Shown: piece by piece, positions 26,102-36,754 of the stretch | How the letters are laid out: each line of letters begins with the position of its first letter | How positions within the stretch are numbered: position 1 is the stretch's first letter | From: Oscillospiraceae bacterium | Lineage (GTDB): Bacteria > Bacillota > Clostridia > Oscillospirales > Ruminococcaceae | DNA: 54,968 bases | Reading direction: 5' to 3' | Assembly: GCA_045590375.1 (NCBI GenBank) | Contig: JAZNQY010000095.1 | Location: 1-54,968 of the forward strand | Made by a program: the position numbers and the translations under genes | Notes under the pieces: generated by a model | The model's input: the letters and a program-made list of their open reading frames with translations, nothing else | Database searches by the model: none | What the model was told of the DNA's origin: nothing

Positions 26102-27991
26102 TTATTGAAGTTCTTTGAGCCACAAAGCCGAAACAGCATCTGACGGCATATTAAGGTCGCCCCTTGGTGAAACTCCGACAGAGCCTACTTTGCATCCGTC
26201 GGGAAGGCAGGAACGCTTGAACTGCTGTGAGAAAAATCTTTTTATGAATGTTATGAGCCATTTCTTTATAGTTTCGCTATCATAATCTCCTTCAAAAGCA
26301 ATTTCTGCCATACGAAGAATTTTCTTGGGTGAAAATCCGAAACGGATAAAATAATAGATAAAGAAATCGTGAAGTTCATAAGGACCTACAAGGTCTTCTG
26401 TTTTCTGAGAGATAACTCCGTTTTTAGCAGGAATAAGTTCGGGGCTGACGGGCGTATCTAAAACATCCTTTAAAATATCCCCTGCTTCTGAATTTTCTGC
26501 TTCATAGGATACGAGATGACGGACAAGTGTTTTGGGAACAGAACCATTTACGCCATACATTGACATATGGTCGCCGTTATAGGTTGCCCAACCGAGAGCA
26601 AGTTCTGAAAGGTCGCCCGTTCCGACAACTATCGCGTTATACTGATTTGCTTTATCCATAAGAACCTGTGTTCTCTCTCTTGCCTGTGAGTTTTCATAGG
26701 TTACATCGTGAACATCGGGGTTATGTGAAATATCCTTGAAATGCTGTGAAACGCTTTCCTTTATATTTATTTCTTCGAGTGAAGTTCCGTAAATTCTTGC
26801 GAGTTCACAAGCATTGTTATAGGTTCTGTCGGTTGTTCCGAAGCAAGGCATTGTTATTGTTTTTATGCCTTTTCTGTCAAGTCCTAACGCGTCAAAAGCA
26901 CGGACTGATACTATTAAAGCGAGGGTTGAATCGAGCCCTCCCGAAAGTCCTAAAACGACATTTTTACAGCCGATATGGCGAAGTCTTTTAACAAGACCTG
27001 CTGTCTGGATTGAGAGGATTTCTTCGCATCTTTCTTTAAGTTTTTCCTTATCCTCGGGGATAAAGGGAGTTTTTGAAAATCTGCGTGAAAGTTTTGTTTC
27101 GCCGATTTCAAAATATATTTCTTCGCAGAAGAATTCGTGTGAAGAAACAAATTCCTTATTGCGTTTTCTTTCGGATATAAGTCTTTCTGTGTCTATATCA
27201 GAGATAAGAAGTCTTTCATCTGAAAAAGGCTTTGTTTCTGAAAGGATAATTCCGTTTTCGACAATGAGAGAATATCCCGAAAAAGCGAAATCTGTCGAGG
27301 ATTCGCCCGTTCCTGCACCTGCTGATGCTATCGCGCATATACTGCCCATTGACTTTGCTTTTTTCATTGTTCTTATTCTTTCTCTTTTTCCTACAAGTTC
27401 GGGAATTGCAGAAAGTTCGAATATAATCTTTGCACCGTTTTCGGAAAGCTTTGTTGTGAGAGAGTCTGACGAAATCATATTATCCGACATTACAATCCCG
27501 AAAGAGAAATCATCGTTATTATAATGACGGAATACCTTTTTAGCACCAAATGAAACAAGCTCGCCGTCTATTTCAGCGACACTTCTTGTTTCTTGTATAT
27601 TATTCGCTGATGTAAAATATTTTTCTTCAAAAGAGTTAATACTTGTTTTAGGAACTATCGCTGTTACATTTCCACCGAAAGCAACTGCAGCACAGTTATA
27701 CAGCTTGTCCTCATAAAGAAAAGGAAGTCCTGTTATAGAGATAATATCGAGGTTTTCGGTTTCCTTTGCGATTTTAAGAAGATTTTCCTTCGCAGAGTCT
27801 ATAAGTGTTCTCTGGAAAAATAAATCCCCACAGGTAGCGCCTGTTATAGAAAGTTCGGGAAAAGAGATTATTTTTACTCCCTCTTTTTCGGCTTTTATGA
27901 TAAGGTCTGTAATATTTTTCGCGTTATATTCACAATCTGCAACCCTGATATCAGGAATTCCGCAGGCTATTTTGAGAAAACCATTATTCAT
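26102..27991 (-). CDS. nadE: glutamine-dependent NAD+ synthetase NadE (CN-hydrolase + synthetase domains)
   Basis: N-terminal nitrilase-like domain (FPELSITG) and a PP-loop LGLSGGLDSTLAL in the C-terminal half. I set the start at ATG 27991, 8 nt after GGAGG. Confidence 0.9.
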   Translation of the reverse strand: MNNGFLKIACGIPDIRVADCEYNAKNITDLIIKAEKEGVKIISFPELSITGATCGDLFFQRTLIDSAKENLLKIAKETENLDIISITGLPFLYEDKLYNCAAVAFGGNVTAIVPKTSINSFEEKYFTSANNIQETRSVAEIDGELVSFGAKKVFRHYNNDDFSFGIVMSDNMISSDSLTTKLSENGAKIIFELSAIPELVGKRERIRTMKKAKSMGSICAIASAGAGTGESSTDFAFSGYSLIVENGIILSETKPFSDERLLISDIDTERLISERKRNKEFVSSHEFFCEEIYFEIGETKLSRRFSKTPFIPEDKEKLKERCEEILSIQTAGLVKRLRHIGCKNVVLGLSGGLDSTLALIVSVRAFDALGLDRKGIKTITMPCFGTTDRTYNNACELARIYGTSLEEINIKESVSQHFKDISHNPDVHDVTYENSQARERTQVLMDKANQYNAIVVGTGDLSELALGWATYNGDHMSMYGVNGSVPKTLVRHLVSYEAENSEAGDILKDVLDTPVSPELIPAKNGVISQKTEDLVGPYELHDFFIYYFIRFGFSPKKILRMAEIAFEGDYDSETIKKWLITFIKRFFSQQFKRSCLPDGCKVGSVGVSPRGDLNMPSDAVSALWLKELQ

Positions 27992-28101
27992 TATAAAAAA
28001 CCTCCACCACATAAAATATATTTATTTATACCATTATATAACTGTGGTTATTTTTTGTCAACTTGTGGTTAGTTATTCGGAATACGCTGTTACGCTTGTT
28101 G

Positions 28102-28128
28102 TTAGCACTCTCGCGAAAAGATTGCTAA
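28102..28128 (+). promoter_or_regulatory. CIRCE-like element (one mismatch), distal
   Basis: TTAGCACTC-N9-GATTGCTAA compared with the consensus TTAGCACTC-N9-GAGTGCTAA. Confidence 0.6.
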
Positions 28129-28145
28129 TTTTTTTGAAAAAACCC

Positions 28146-28174
28146 TTGACAAGTGTTTATTTTAATGGTATTCT
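28146..28174 (+). promoter_or_regulatory. sigma-A promoter of the hrcA-grpE-dnaK-dnaJ operon
   Basis: TTGACA (28146..28151), 17 nt, TATTCT (28169..28174), with a TGg extended -10. Confidence 0.7.
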
Positions 28175-28178
28175 ATGT

Positions 28179-28205
28179 TTAGCACTCAGAGAGAAAGAGT
28201 GCTAA
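28179..28205 (+). promoter_or_regulatory. CIRCE operator (perfect), HrcA binding site
   Basis: TTAGCACTC-AGAGAGAAA-GAGTGCTAA begins 5 nt after the -10 element. Confidence 0.9.
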
Positions 28206-28243
28206 CAAACTGACAAGTCAACTGCCAGAAGGGGTGAAAAAAG

Positions 28244-29290
28244 ATGCTTGACGAGAGAAAACTCAAAATTCTCGGCGCTATTGTCGATGAATATATAGTT
28301 ACAGGAGAACCTGTCGGTTCAAAGACAATTTCAAAACTCGCAGACATCAATGTTTCATCAGCAACGATAAGAAACGATATGGCAGTTTTAGAGCAACTCG
28401 GTTACCTTGAACAGCCACATACTTCAGCAGGAAGAATTCCTACATTCAGTGGTTATCGTCTTTATATCGAAAAGATAATGAAAGAAAATCCCCTTTCAGA
28501 AGATGACAAGAAAATGCTTGACAGTATGCTTGATACCGACGCTCCGACAGAAGAAGCGCTTATCCAGTCAGCTTCTACTGCTCTTGCAGAAGTTACAAAA
28601 TGCGCAGTTGTTGCATCAAACCTTGCTCCGAAATATTCGGTTATAACAAAGGTTGAGGTTATTCCGACAGGAAAAAGGCTTTATGTTCTTCTTCTCATAA
28701 CTTCATCGGGAAGTATAAAGAACAAGGTATGTCGTCTTGAATTCGACCTAACACCAGAACAGCTTGATTTCTTCTCAAAATATATGGAAGAAAATTTAAG
28801 TGGTGTTTCGCTTGAAAGTCTTTCTGAAGAAATGTTCCAGCAGATAATTGTTGCTATGGGCACATATATGATGACACTCTCCCCTCTTATAAATGCGATT
28901 TATGAGATGTCGAAAGGGCTTATGCAGAAAGAACTTACAGTAAGTGGTGAGAAAAACCTTTTACAATGCAAGGATTTTGACCACAACGAAATAGTTACTT
29001 TTTTGGAACATAAAAACGAGCTCACAGAACTTATAGATGAAAGCTTCAACGGAATTCAGGTTCTTTTCGGAAAGGAAAAGGATTCATTCGTAATAGGAAA
29101 TTCAAGTATGATTTCATCTCAGGTTAAAAAAGACGGAAAGGCAGCAGGGTCACTTGGTATTATAGGACCTATGCGACTTGACTATAAAAAAGTTATTCCT
29201 TATATAGAATACTTTACCAAAAAAATCTCCGATATAATTTCGGAAGAAGATATACCGGACACCCCGGGGAAAGGACCAGAAGAAGAATGA
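28244..29290 (+). CDS. hrcA: heat-inducible transcription repressor HrcA
   Basis: MLDERKLKILGAIVDEYIVTGEPVGSKTI...SSATIRNDMAVLEQLGYLEQPHTSAGRIPT. Confidence 0.93.
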   Translation: MLDERKLKILGAIVDEYIVTGEPVGSKTISKLADINVSSATIRNDMAVLEQLGYLEQPHTSAGRIPTFSGYRLYIEKIMKENPLSEDDKKMLDSMLDTDAPTEEALIQSASTALAEVTKCAVVASNLAPKYSVITKVEVIPTGKRLYVLLLITSSGSIKNKVCRLEFDLTPEQLDFFSKYMEENLSGVSLESLSEEMFQQIIVAMGTYMMTLSPLINAIYEMSKGLMQKELTVSGEKNLLQCKDFDHNEIVTFLEHKNELTELIDESFNGIQVLFGKEKDSFVIGNSSMISSQVKKDGKAAGSLGIIGPMRLDYKKVIPYIEYFTKKISDIISEEDIPDTPGKGPEEE

Positions 29291-29811
29291 GTGAAGAAAA
29301 TAAGATTGAAAACCTCGAGGAAGAAGTTTCAACGGCTGAAACAGAAGAAGCAGCAGTAGAAACAGAACCCTCTGAGGAAGAGAAGCTGAGAAAGGAACTC
29401 GCTGATACAAAGGACCTTTATCTCAGGACCGTTGCTGAATATGACAATTTCAGAAAACGTACTGCAAAGGAAAAGATTGAGATTTACGGTGATGCTACTT
29501 TAAAGTCAGTTTCAGAAATACTTTCTGTTATCGACAACTTTGAAAGAGCACTCGCAGTTGAAACATCCGATGAAAACTTCAAAAAAGGCGTTGCGATGAT
29601 ATTCAATCAGTATCTCGAAATTTTAAAGAAACTCGGTGTTTCTGAAATCAAGGCAGAAGGAGAAGAATTCAATCCCGAATTCCACCACGCTGTTCAGCAG
29701 ATTGAAGATGAAAATCTCGGTGAAAATGTTGTCGCAACTGTATTCCAGAAGGGATATATGCTCGGCGATAAGATTATAAGACCTTCAATGGTTGTTGTTG
29801 CAAATCCATAA
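29287..29811 (+). CDS. grpE: nucleotide exchange factor GrpE
   Basis: Acidic N-terminus, a coiled coil and the motifs YDNFRKR and FNPEFHHAV. Its start overlaps the hrcA stop (ATGA). Confidence 0.93.
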   Translation: MSEENKIENLEEEVSTAETEEAAVETEPSEEEKLRKELADTKDLYLRTVAEYDNFRKRTAKEKIEIYGDATLKSVSEILSVIDNFERALAVETSDENFKKGVAMIFNQYLEILKKLGVSEIKAEGEEFNPEFHHAVQQIEDENLGENVVATVFQKGYMLGDKIIRPSMVVVANP

Positions 29812-29851
29812 ACTAAAATAAATAAAGAAAAAATGAAAGAAGGAATTTATT

Positions 29852-31687
29852 ATGTCAAAAATCATTGGTATCGACCTTGGTACAACAAACTCTTGCGTTG
29901 CAGTTATGGAAGGTGGTAACGCTGTTGTTATCACTAACTCAGAAGGCGCAAGAACAACTCCCTCAGTAGTAGGTTTCTCAAAGACAGGCGAAAGACTTGT
30001 AGGTCAGGTTGCTAAGCGTCAGGCTGTTGCTAACCCCGACAAGACAATCGCTTCAATCAAGAGACACATGGGCTCTGACTATAAGGTAAACATCGATGGC
30101 AAGGACTTTACTCCTCAGCAGATTTCAGCTATGATTCTTCAGAAGCTCAAGGCTGACGCTGAAAGCTATCTCGGTGAAACAGTTACAGAAGCAGTTATCA
30201 CAGTTCCTGCTTACTTCACAGACGCACAGCGTCAGGCTACTAAGGACGCAGGTCAGATTGCAGGTCTTACAGTAAAGAGAATTATCAACGAACCTACTGC
30301 TGCTGCACTTTCATACGGCATTGACAAGGAAAACGACCAGAAGGTTATGGTTTACGACCTCGGTGGTGGTACATTCGACGTTTCAATCATCGAAATGGGT
30401 GACGGCGTTCAGCAGGTTCTCGCAACAGCAGGTAACAACCGTCTCGGTGGTGACGACTTTGACGAAAGAATAATCAACTGGATGGTTGAAGAATTCAAGA
30501 AGGCTGAAGGAATTGACCTTCGTGGCGACAAGATTGCTATGCAGAGACTTAAGGACGAAGCTGAAAAGGCAAAGATTATGCTTTCTTCAACTCCTTCTGC
30601 TCCTATCAATCTCCCCTTCATCACAGCAGACGCTACAGGCCCTAAACACCTTGACCTTACACTCTCACAGGCTAAGTTCAACGAACTCACATCTGATCTC
30701 GTTCAGGCTACAATGGGTCCTGTTAAGCAGGCTCTCGCTGACAGTGGTCTTAAGGCAAGTGAACTCGACAAGGTTCTTATGGTTGGTGGTTCATCAAGAA
30801 TCCCTGCTGTTCAGGAAGCAGTTAAGGACTTTATCGGTAAGGAACCCTTCAAGGGCATCAACCCCGACGAATGTGTTGCACTCGGTGCTGCTATTCAGGG
30901 TGGTGTTCTCGGTGGAGATGTTACAGGTCTTCTCCTTCTCGACGTTACTCCCCTTTCGCTCGGTATCGAAACAGCAGGTGGAGTTTGCACAAGAATGATC
31001 GAAAGAAATACAACTATCCCCACAAAGAAATCACAGATTTTCTCAACATATGCAGACAATCAGTCAGCAGTTGATATCAACATCCTTCAGGGTGAAAGAG
31101 AATTCGCAAAGGACAACAAGCAGCTCGGCATGTTCCGTCTTGACGGTATCGCTCCTGCTCCCCGTGGTGTTCCTCAGATTGAAGTAACATTCGACATCGA
31201 CGCTAACGGTATCGTTCACGTTTCTGCCAAGGACCTCGGCACAGGCAAGGAACAGAACATCTCTATCACAGCATCAACAAACATGTCTAAGGATGACATC
31301 GAAAAGGCTGTTAAGGAAGCAGAACAGTTTGCTGAAGAAGACAAGAAGCGTAAGGAAGCTGATGACGTTAAAAACAACGCTGACAACCTCGTATTCCAGT
31401 GTGAAAAGGCTATGGCTGATTTCGGCGATAAGGTTTCAGCAGAAGACAAGAATGCTATTCAGCCCAAGATTGACGCTCTCAAAGAAGCTTGCAAGGGTGA
31501 CGATACAGCTGATATCAAGGCTAAGACAGATGAACTTTCAAAGGCTATTCAGGACCTTTCAACAAAGATTTATCAGCAGGCAGGCGGTGCTGCACAGGGT
31601 CAGCCCGATATGAACATGGGTGCTGATGCAGGCAACGCAGGAAACGCTGATGACGATGTTGTTGACGCTAACTTTACAGAAGCATAA
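29852..31687 (+). CDS. dnaK: molecular chaperone DnaK (Hsp70)
   Basis: Contains [25 protein letters not shown] and VGGSSRIP. Confidence 0.98.
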   Translation: MSKIIGIDLGTTNSCVAVMEGGNAVVITNSEGARTTPSVVGFSKTGERLVGQVAKRQAVANPDKTIASIKRHMGSDYKVNIDGKDFTPQQISAMILQKLKADAESYLGETVTEAVITVPAYFTDAQRQATKDAGQIAGLTVKRIINEPTAAALSYGIDKENDQKVMVYDLGGGTFDVSIIEMGDGVQQVLATAGNNRLGGDDFDERIINWMVEEFKKAEGIDLRGDKIAMQRLKDEAEKAKIMLSSTPSAPINLPFITADATGPKHLDLTLSQAKFNELTSDLVQATMGPVKQALADSGLKASELDKVLMVGGSSRIPAVQEAVKDFIGKEPFKGINPDECVALGAAIQGGVLGGDVTGLLLLDVTPLSLGIETAGGVCTRMIERNTTIPTKKSQIFSTYADNQSAVDINILQGEREFAKDNKQLGMFRLDGIAPAPRGVPQIEVTFDIDANGIVHVSAKDLGTGKEQNISITASTNMSKDDIEKAVKEAEQFAEEDKKRKEADDVKNNADNLVFQCEKAMADFGDKVSAEDKNAIQPKIDALKEACKGDDTADIKAKTDELSKAIQDLSTKIYQQAGGAAQGQPDMNMGADAGNAGNADDDVVDANFTEA

Positions 31688-31773
31688 TTTAAGATAACTT
31701 CTAACAGACGACGGTAGCGGAATTTTTCCGTTACCGTGTCGTTTGATTATGAAGCATTAAGGAGGATTTCCCC

Positions 31774-32931
31774 TTGGCAGAAAAAAGAGACTACTATGAA
31801 GTGCTTGGTGTTCAGAAAGGTGCTTCTGATGATGAAATAAAAAAGGCATACCGTTCGCTTGCCAAGAAATATCACCCCGACCTTAACCCCGACAACAAGG
31901 AAGCAGAGGAAAAATTCAAGGAAGTAAACGAGGCTTATGAAGTTCTTTCAGACCCCTCAAAGAAAGAGCGTTACGACCAGTTCGGACACGCAGGAGTTGA
32001 CCCCTCATATCAGGGTGGTGGATTCGGTGGAGGATTCTCGGGTGGAGGATTTTCCGGTGGATTCGGAATGGAAGATATTTTCGACAGCATCTTCGGTGGT
32101 GGAATGTTTGGTGGTGGAAGAACATCAAACGCCAACGCTGCAAGAAGAGGTCAGGATATTCAGCAGAATGTTACTATCAGTTTTATGGAAGCCTGCAACG
32201 GTGTAAACACTGATATTACTATTGAAAAACTCGAAAAATGTGCTGAATGTGAAGGAAGTGGATGCGCTTCGGGAACTCATCCCGAAACCTGTCCTGAATG
32301 TCACGGAACAGGTCAGGTAAGAGTTCAGCAGAGAACTCCTTTCGGTGTTATTTCAACAGCGAAAACATGTTCGAGATGTAACGGAAAGGGCAAGATTATA
32401 AATAATCCTTGTTCAAAATGTGGTGGATACGGAAGATCAAGAGTTACCAAAAAGCTCAACGTAAGCATTCCTGCCGGCATCAATGATGGTCAGGCTATAA
32501 GACTTTCGGGTCAGGGAAACAACGGAGTTAATGGTGGTCCTTCAGGCGACGTTATTCTTACAGTAAGCGTAAGACCTGACCCCATTTTCGTAAGAGAAGA
32601 TTATGATATTCATGTTGACATTCCCATTACATTTGCTCAGGCAGCTCTGGGTGATGAAATAACTGTTCCGACAATAGACGGAAAGGTTAAATACAACATC
32701 GCAGAAGGAACTCAGACAGGAACTGTTTTCCGTCTCAGAGGAAAGGGTGTTAAAAAGCTCAACAGTTCTTCGAGAGGCGATCAGTATGTAAAGGTTTATG
32801 TTGAAGTTCCATCAAAGCTCAGCAAGAAGCAGAAAGAAGCCCTCAAGGCATTTGAAGAAACACTTGAGGACGATAAGAACTATACAAAGCGCACAGGCTT
32901 CTTTGAAAAAATCAAGGATATGTTTAATTAA
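31774..32931 (+). CDS. dnaJ: co-chaperone DnaJ
   Basis: J domain with KKYHPDLNP, a G/F-rich linker and four CxxCxGxG zinc-finger repeats. It has a TTG start 8 nt after AAGGAGG. Confidence 0.95.
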   Translation: MAEKRDYYEVLGVQKGASDDEIKKAYRSLAKKYHPDLNPDNKEAEEKFKEVNEAYEVLSDPSKKERYDQFGHAGVDPSYQGGGFGGGFSGGGFSGGFGMEDIFDSIFGGGMFGGGRTSNANAARRGQDIQQNVTISFMEACNGVNTDITIEKLEKCAECEGSGCASGTHPETCPECHGTGQVRVQQRTPFGVISTAKTCSRCNGKGKIINNPCSKCGGYGRSRVTKKLNVSIPAGINDGQAIRLSGQGNNGVNGGPSGDVILTVSVRPDPIFVREDYDIHVDIPITFAQAALGDEITVPTIDGKVKYNIAEGTQTGTVFRLRGKGVKKLNSSSRGDQYVKVYVEVPSKLSKKQKEALKAFEETLEDDKNYTKRTGFFEKIKDMFN

Positions 32932-32940
32932 CATAGTAAT

Positions 32941-32977
32941 AAAAAACGGTATCAGAAAAATCTGATACCGTTTTTTT
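32941..32977. terminator. bidirectional terminator between dnaJ and the MCP gene
   Basis: AAAAAA-CGGTATCAG-aaaaat-CTGATACCG-TTTTTTT. Confidence 0.85.
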
Positions 32978-32990
32978 ATGTAATCTTAAA

Positions 32991-34970
32991 TTATCTTCTG
33001 CGAAGTTTGAATGCGCTGATAAGATCCTTAAGCATTGCTGACTGGCTTGAAAGTTCTTCTGATGCAGCGGCACTTTCTTCTGCTGTTGCTGAGTTTGTCT
33101 GAACAACGCCTGAAATCTGGTCGATACCAACAGAAACCTGTTCTGCTGAGAGAGCCTGTTCCTTACTTGCTTCAGCAATTTCATTCATAAGCTTATTAAC
33201 GCCCATTGAAGCGTCATAAACCTTATCCATAAGTTCGGCTGTTTCCTTAACAATCTTGTTTCCGTTCTGAACAGCGGCAACAGATTCTTCGATAAGTGCT
33301 GTTGTGTTGTTTGCAGCTTCTGCTGACTTACTTGCGAGGTTTCTTACTTCGTCTGCTACAACGGCAAAGCCCTTACCTGCTTCACCTGCTCTTGCTGCTT
33401 CAACTGCTGCGTTGAGGGCGAGGATATTTGTCTGGAATGCGATGTCTTCGATAGCCTTGATGATATGGCTGATTTCTTCTGATGAACGGCTTATCTTATC
33501 CATAGCTTCGACAAGTCTGTCCATATGTTCGTTTGCTTCCTGCATTGCTTCGCTTGCATCGTTTGTATTGTTTCTTGCAATTTCGCAGTTTTCGGAAGTC
33601 ATATTGATATGCTTTGTGATATCAGCGATTGTTGCTGCGAGTTCTTCAACCGAGCTTGCCTGACGGATTGTTCCGTGTGAGAGTGACTGAGCACCTGCTG
33701 AAACCTGTTCTGAACCTGTTGAAACCTGATCTGCCGCAACATTGATCTGCGAGAGAGTTGTGCTGAGTCTGTTGTTGATTTCGAGAACAGATCTGTAAAG
33801 TCCAGCGAAATCGCCCTTATAGTATGATTCATTTCTTGACATATCAACACTGAAATCGCCGTCAGCCATAGCGCTGAGCATACGGTCGATATCGCTGATG
33901 ATTGTATTCATATTGGATACAAGACCTTCTGTTGATTCAGCAAGTTCTTCGATTTCATCGTTTGTTCTTACTGAAGGAACGGAACCTGTAAGGTCACCTT
34001 CAACGAGTGCACCGAGTCTTTCTGAAACGGCATTGATAGGATTACCGATGTTTCTTCCGAGGAATGCTGCGAGAGCAACTGAAATTCCGATACCAACAAT
34101 AACGATAACTACTGTAACTATGATTGTTTCATAAACTTCAAGAAGGAAATCATTGGCATCTGATTTAATCATAACAGACCAGCCGTTTGTTCCTTCGATA
34201 GGAGAATAAGCCATAACGCTTGAAACGCCGTGAACGTTTGTTTTCTTATAACCTGCAACGCCATGTTCTACTTCATCATGAACAGCCGCGAGGTTTGCGT
34301 ATGTCTTATCTTCCTTTGCGATTTCCTGAATGTTTTCGCCGTCAAGAACTCTCTGTGCATCGGGATGTGCGATTGTATTTCCGTTAGCATCAATCATATA
34401 TGCTTCACAGGAATCGCTTATCTTGATTTCAGAAACGATATCATTGAGGAATGTTTCTGTAGGAACTACATAAACACATCCTACAACATTTGAACCAACT
34501 TCTCCGTTTTCCCAGAGAGGTGCTGCGATGATGATGCTGACTTTTCCTGTTACTCTTGAAACTACGGGTTCGGAAACTGTTGCTTTCCCTTCCATAGCGT
34601 TCTTGAAATACTGTCTGTCAGACATATCTGCGCCTGTGTCTATATTCTTACCACTTGCATCGAGAACGACGCCTCGTTCCATTCCGTGTGCCTTTGCGCG
34701 TTCTGTGATGAGTGCTGTTTTTTCATAGGCTGTGAGTTCATCACCCGAAAGTTCTTTTAAACATCCTGCTTCGATAGCAACATTGCTGAATGCTTCAAGT
34801 TCCCATCTTATGCGTTCTGATGTGATATGAGCCATAGTTGTCATATCATCTTCGAGTCTTGATGTAACCCCTACATAAGAAAGAACCGAGCATACAACGC
34901 CAAGTATAACAAGCGTCGCAGCTACAACAGATATCATAGCAACAACTATTTTACTCTTTACAGTTTTCAT
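32991..34970 (-). CDS. methyl-accepting chemotaxis protein (Cache-like sensor, HAMP, MA signalling domain)
   Basis: Two TM helices flank a periplasmic Cache-like region. The conserved signalling hairpin reads [38 protein letters not shown] set the start at ATG 34970 (MKTVKSK). Confidence 0.9.
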   Translation of the reverse strand: MKTVKSKIVVAMISVVAATLVILGVVCSVLSYVGVTSRLEDDMTTMAHITSERIRWELEAFSNVAIEAGCLKELSGDELTAYEKTALITERAKAHGMERGVVLDASGKNIDTGADMSDRQYFKNAMEGKATVSEPVVSRVTGKVSIIIAAPLWENGEVGSNVVGCVYVVPTETFLNDIVSEIKISDSCEAYMIDANGNTIAHPDAQRVLDGENIQEIAKEDKTYANLAAVHDEVEHGVAGYKKTNVHGVSSVMAYSPIEGTNGWSVMIKSDANDFLLEVYETIIVTVVIVIVGIGISVALAAFLGRNIGNPINAVSERLGALVEGDLTGSVPSVRTNDEIEELAESTEGLVSNMNTIISDIDRMLSAMADGDFSVDMSRNESYYKGDFAGLYRSVLEINNRLSTTLSQINVAADQVSTGSEQVSAGAQSLSHGTIRQASSVEELAATIADITKHINMTSENCEIARNNTNDASEAMQEANEHMDRLVEAMDKISRSSEEISHIIKAIEDIAFQTNILALNAAVEAARAGEAGKGFAVVADEVRNLASKSAEAANNTTALIEESVAAVQNGNKIVKETAELMDKVYDASMGVNKLMNEIAEASKEQALSAEQVSVGIDQISGVVQTNSATAEESAAASEELSSQSAMLKDLISAFKLRRR

Positions 34971-35214
34971 AATGCATAATCTCCATTTCATTAAATTTAT
35001 ACTTATTTATAAAGTATACATTTTTATTATTTTATCATTTTTATTTGTAATTGTCAATAATGTTAATTCTAACTTAATATTTTTTGGTTAGAATAGATAA
35101 AAATATGAGGTTGATTTTAAAAAAATTCCCAATAATATTTTATGTATTGCGACAAATAATACTAAAGCAAGCCCCGAAATACAAAAAATCGAAAAAAATT
35201 AAGGAGATTTGATT

Positions 35215-35397
35215 ATGAAAGGTCAGACTACACAGCAGGGCAGAGATGCTCTCGAAAGATTCAAGATGGAAGCTGCAAACGAAGTAGGCGTGAACCTCAA
35301 GGCAGGTTACAACGGCGACCTTACTTCTCGTGAGGCAGGTTCTGTCGGCGGACAGATGGTTAAGAAGATGATTGACTCATACAAGATGGGCAAGTAA
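35215..35397 (+). CDS. alpha/beta-type small acid-soluble spore protein
   Basis: 60 aa containing LERFKMEAANEVGV and REAGSVGGQMVKKMI, the two conserved SASP blocks. ATG 35215 lies 8 nt after AAGGAG. Confidence 0.85.
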   Translation: MKGQTTQQGRDALERFKMEAANEVGVNLKAGYNGDLTSREAGSVGGQMVKKMIDSYKMGK

Positions 35398-35420
35398 CTC
35401 TATCTTACCTTTTTAAAATA

Positions 35421-35457
35421 AAGTCCGGACTGCAATAGTGGTCCGGATTTTTATTTT
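35421..35457 (+). terminator. rho-independent terminator after the SASP gene
   Basis: AAGTCCGGAC / GTCCGGATTT stem with a 10-nt loop, followed by TTTTTATTTT. Confidence 0.75.
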
Positions 35458-35515
35458 GTAAAATTAAAAATTTAATGTAAAAAGAAAATTTTTAATGTTT
35501 TTCGTTAAAAAAGTA

Positions 35516-35544
35516 TTGACAAACATAAATCGTGATGTTATAAT
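35516..35544 (+). promoter_or_regulatory. consensus sigma-A promoter of the DUF2975/HTH pair
   Basis: TTGACA (35516..35521), 17 nt, TATAAT (35539..35544), with a TGt extended -10. Confidence 0.7.
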
Positions 35545-35590
35545 GCAGATATGATAAGCGGCTTTCATATAAATTTTAGGAGGAAGACAT

Positions 35591-36259
35591 ATGAAAAATA
35601 ATAATTACATAGGAAAAATCAATACACTCGGAAAGGCAGGAAGAATACTTCTCATATTTTTAAGAATTGCCTGCATTATGGGAATTGTATGCTTTGTTAT
35701 CGCTGCTGTCGGGATAAATACAATTCCTAAAGATGATGTTATAACATCAAAAGGAACTATTTCTTTTGAAACAAGAGTTGACAACAACAGACTTCCCGAC
35801 CATGTATCATCAGGTCTTGAAGATACTGAAAATACAGAAGAAACAATTGATTTTTTAGGAACTATCCTTTCGGTAAAAGAAAATCTGGTAACAGATAACG
35901 GTATCGAAGATTATACCTTCGATATGAGTTTTGACGCAAAAGACACAAAAGCAATGATTTTATCATACACTATTGCTATGATATTCGGTGCGATATTCCT
36001 TGCTTTATCACTTATCATCGTTATCTTCGGCGGAAAACTTGCTTCTGCGCTTGAAAAATGCAGTTCGCCTTTTGAGGAAAATGTTACCAAATCAATGAAG
36101 AGATTTGCTTTCTCGCTCATTCCTATGGCTGTGGTATACTGCATTGTTGGTCAGCAGGCGTCACTTTCGATGATAATTATAGTTCTTGCTATGATTGCGA
36201 TCGCTTATATTTTCGGCTACGGTGCTGAACTTCAAAAAGAATCAGACGAAACACTTTAA
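35591..36259 (+). CDS. DUF2975-like polytopic membrane protein
   Basis: 222 aa with 4 predicted TM helices. It lies directly upstream of a YozG-type HTH gene, which is the usual DUF2975 partner. The family call is from context and topology and was not verified. Confidence 0.55.
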   Translation: MKNNNYIGKINTLGKAGRILLIFLRIACIMGIVCFVIAAVGINTIPKDDVITSKGTISFETRVDNNRLPDHVSSGLEDTENTEETIDFLGTILSVKENLVTDNGIEDYTFDMSFDAKDTKAMILSYTIAMIFGAIFLALSLIIVIFGGKLASALEKCSSPFEENVTKSMKRFAFSLIPMAVVYCIVGQQASLSMIIIVLAMIAIAYIFGYGAELQKESDETL

Positions 36260-36270
36260 GGAGGCAGAAA

Positions 36271-36492
36271 ATGGCTATTATTTTAAGACTCGACAGAGTT
36301 ATGGCTGACAGAAAGATGTCCCTTAATGAACTTTCGGAAAAAGTCGGGGTTGCGAATGTTAATCTTTCAAAGATAAAAACAGGAAAGGTAAACGCGATAA
36401 GATTTTCAACACTCAACGCAATATGCAGGGTGCTTGAATGTCAGCCCGGGGATATTTTAGAATATGTCGCTGACGAAGGAGAAGAAGAATAG
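36271..36492 (+). CDS. XRE/Cro-type helix-turn-helix transcriptional regulator (YozG family)
   Basis: MAIILRLDRVMADRKMSLNELSEKVGVANVNLSKIKTGKVNAIRFSTLNAICRVLECQPGDILEY. Confidence 0.8.
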   Translation: MAIILRLDRVMADRKMSLNELSEKVGVANVNLSKIKTGKVNAIRFSTLNAICRVLECQPGDILEYVADEGEEE

Positions 36493-36496
36493 ATAG

Positions 36497-36531
36497 AAAA
36501 ACATCCACTCACAGATGTGAGTGGATGTTTT
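36497..36531. terminator. terminator hairpin after the HTH gene
   Basis: AAAACATCCACTCACA / TGTGAGTGGATGTTTT. Confidence 0.75.
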
Positions 36532-36576
36532 GGGTTACTTCGCCTGACTCGCCCCTTCAAGTCCCGATATAAACTA

Positions 36577-36610
36577 AAATAACGGAATGTCAAAAGACAT
36601 TCCGTTATTT
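36577..36610 (-). terminator. hairpin terminator following the tRNA-like copy
   Basis: AAAATAACGGAATGTC-aaaa-GACATTCCGTTATTTT. Confidence 0.65.
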
Positions 36611-36709
36611 TGGAGCTGATGATGGGACTTGTTCTCGCCTGTGGGCTCGGTCAGGCTCGGCTCTGACAGTCCACCGGACTGTCATTCACTACCTCGCCAT
36701 TCAAGTCCC
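36611..36709 (-). pseudogene. degenerate tRNA-Thr-derived element (exact copy of the last 21 nt of tRNA-Thr plus a diverged body)
   Basis: Minus strand ends in CAAGTCCCATCATCAGCTCCA, identical to 36775..36755 of the real tRNA. No 5' acceptor strand (GCTGATG) is present. An internal hairpin GACAGTCC-GGT-GGACTGTC is seen. The 5' GGGACTTG can pair with the 3' CAAGTCCC. Confidence 0.45.
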
Positions 36710-36719
36710 TATTGAAACT

Positions 36720-36754
36720 AAAAAAGAGAAACACCAGAAGGTGTTTCTCTTTTT
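36720..36754 (-). terminator. hairpin terminator directly after tRNA-Thr
   Basis: AAAAAGAGAAACACC-agaa-GGTGTTTCTCTTTTT. Confidence 0.75.

Noticed and set aside
26865-27524. 219-aa + strand ORF antisense to nadE
   Set aside because: It is a Ser/Leu-rich low-complexity translation that lies entirely inside a well-supported minus-strand gene. It has no RBS and looks like a typical shadow ORF of a GAA/AAA-rich coding strand.
30486-30998. 170-aa + strand ORF in an alternative frame of dnaK
   Set aside because: It overlaps the highly conserved DnaK reading frame. Its composition (Leu/Ser/Arg rich) and lack of an RBS indicate a chance open frame.
35066-35094. 8-bp inverted repeat ATTCTAAC-N13-GTTAGAAT in the MCP/SASP divergent region
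   Set aside because: It is short and lies in an extremely AT-rich spacer where such repeats arise by chance. No known operator consensus was recognised.
35100-35214. Attempt to identify a sigma-G/sigma-F type forespore promoter upstream of the SASP gene
   Set aside because: An AATACTA element resembles the sigma-G -10 (CATACTA). I could not find a matching -35 (GHATR) at 17-18 nt spacing, so no promoter call is made.
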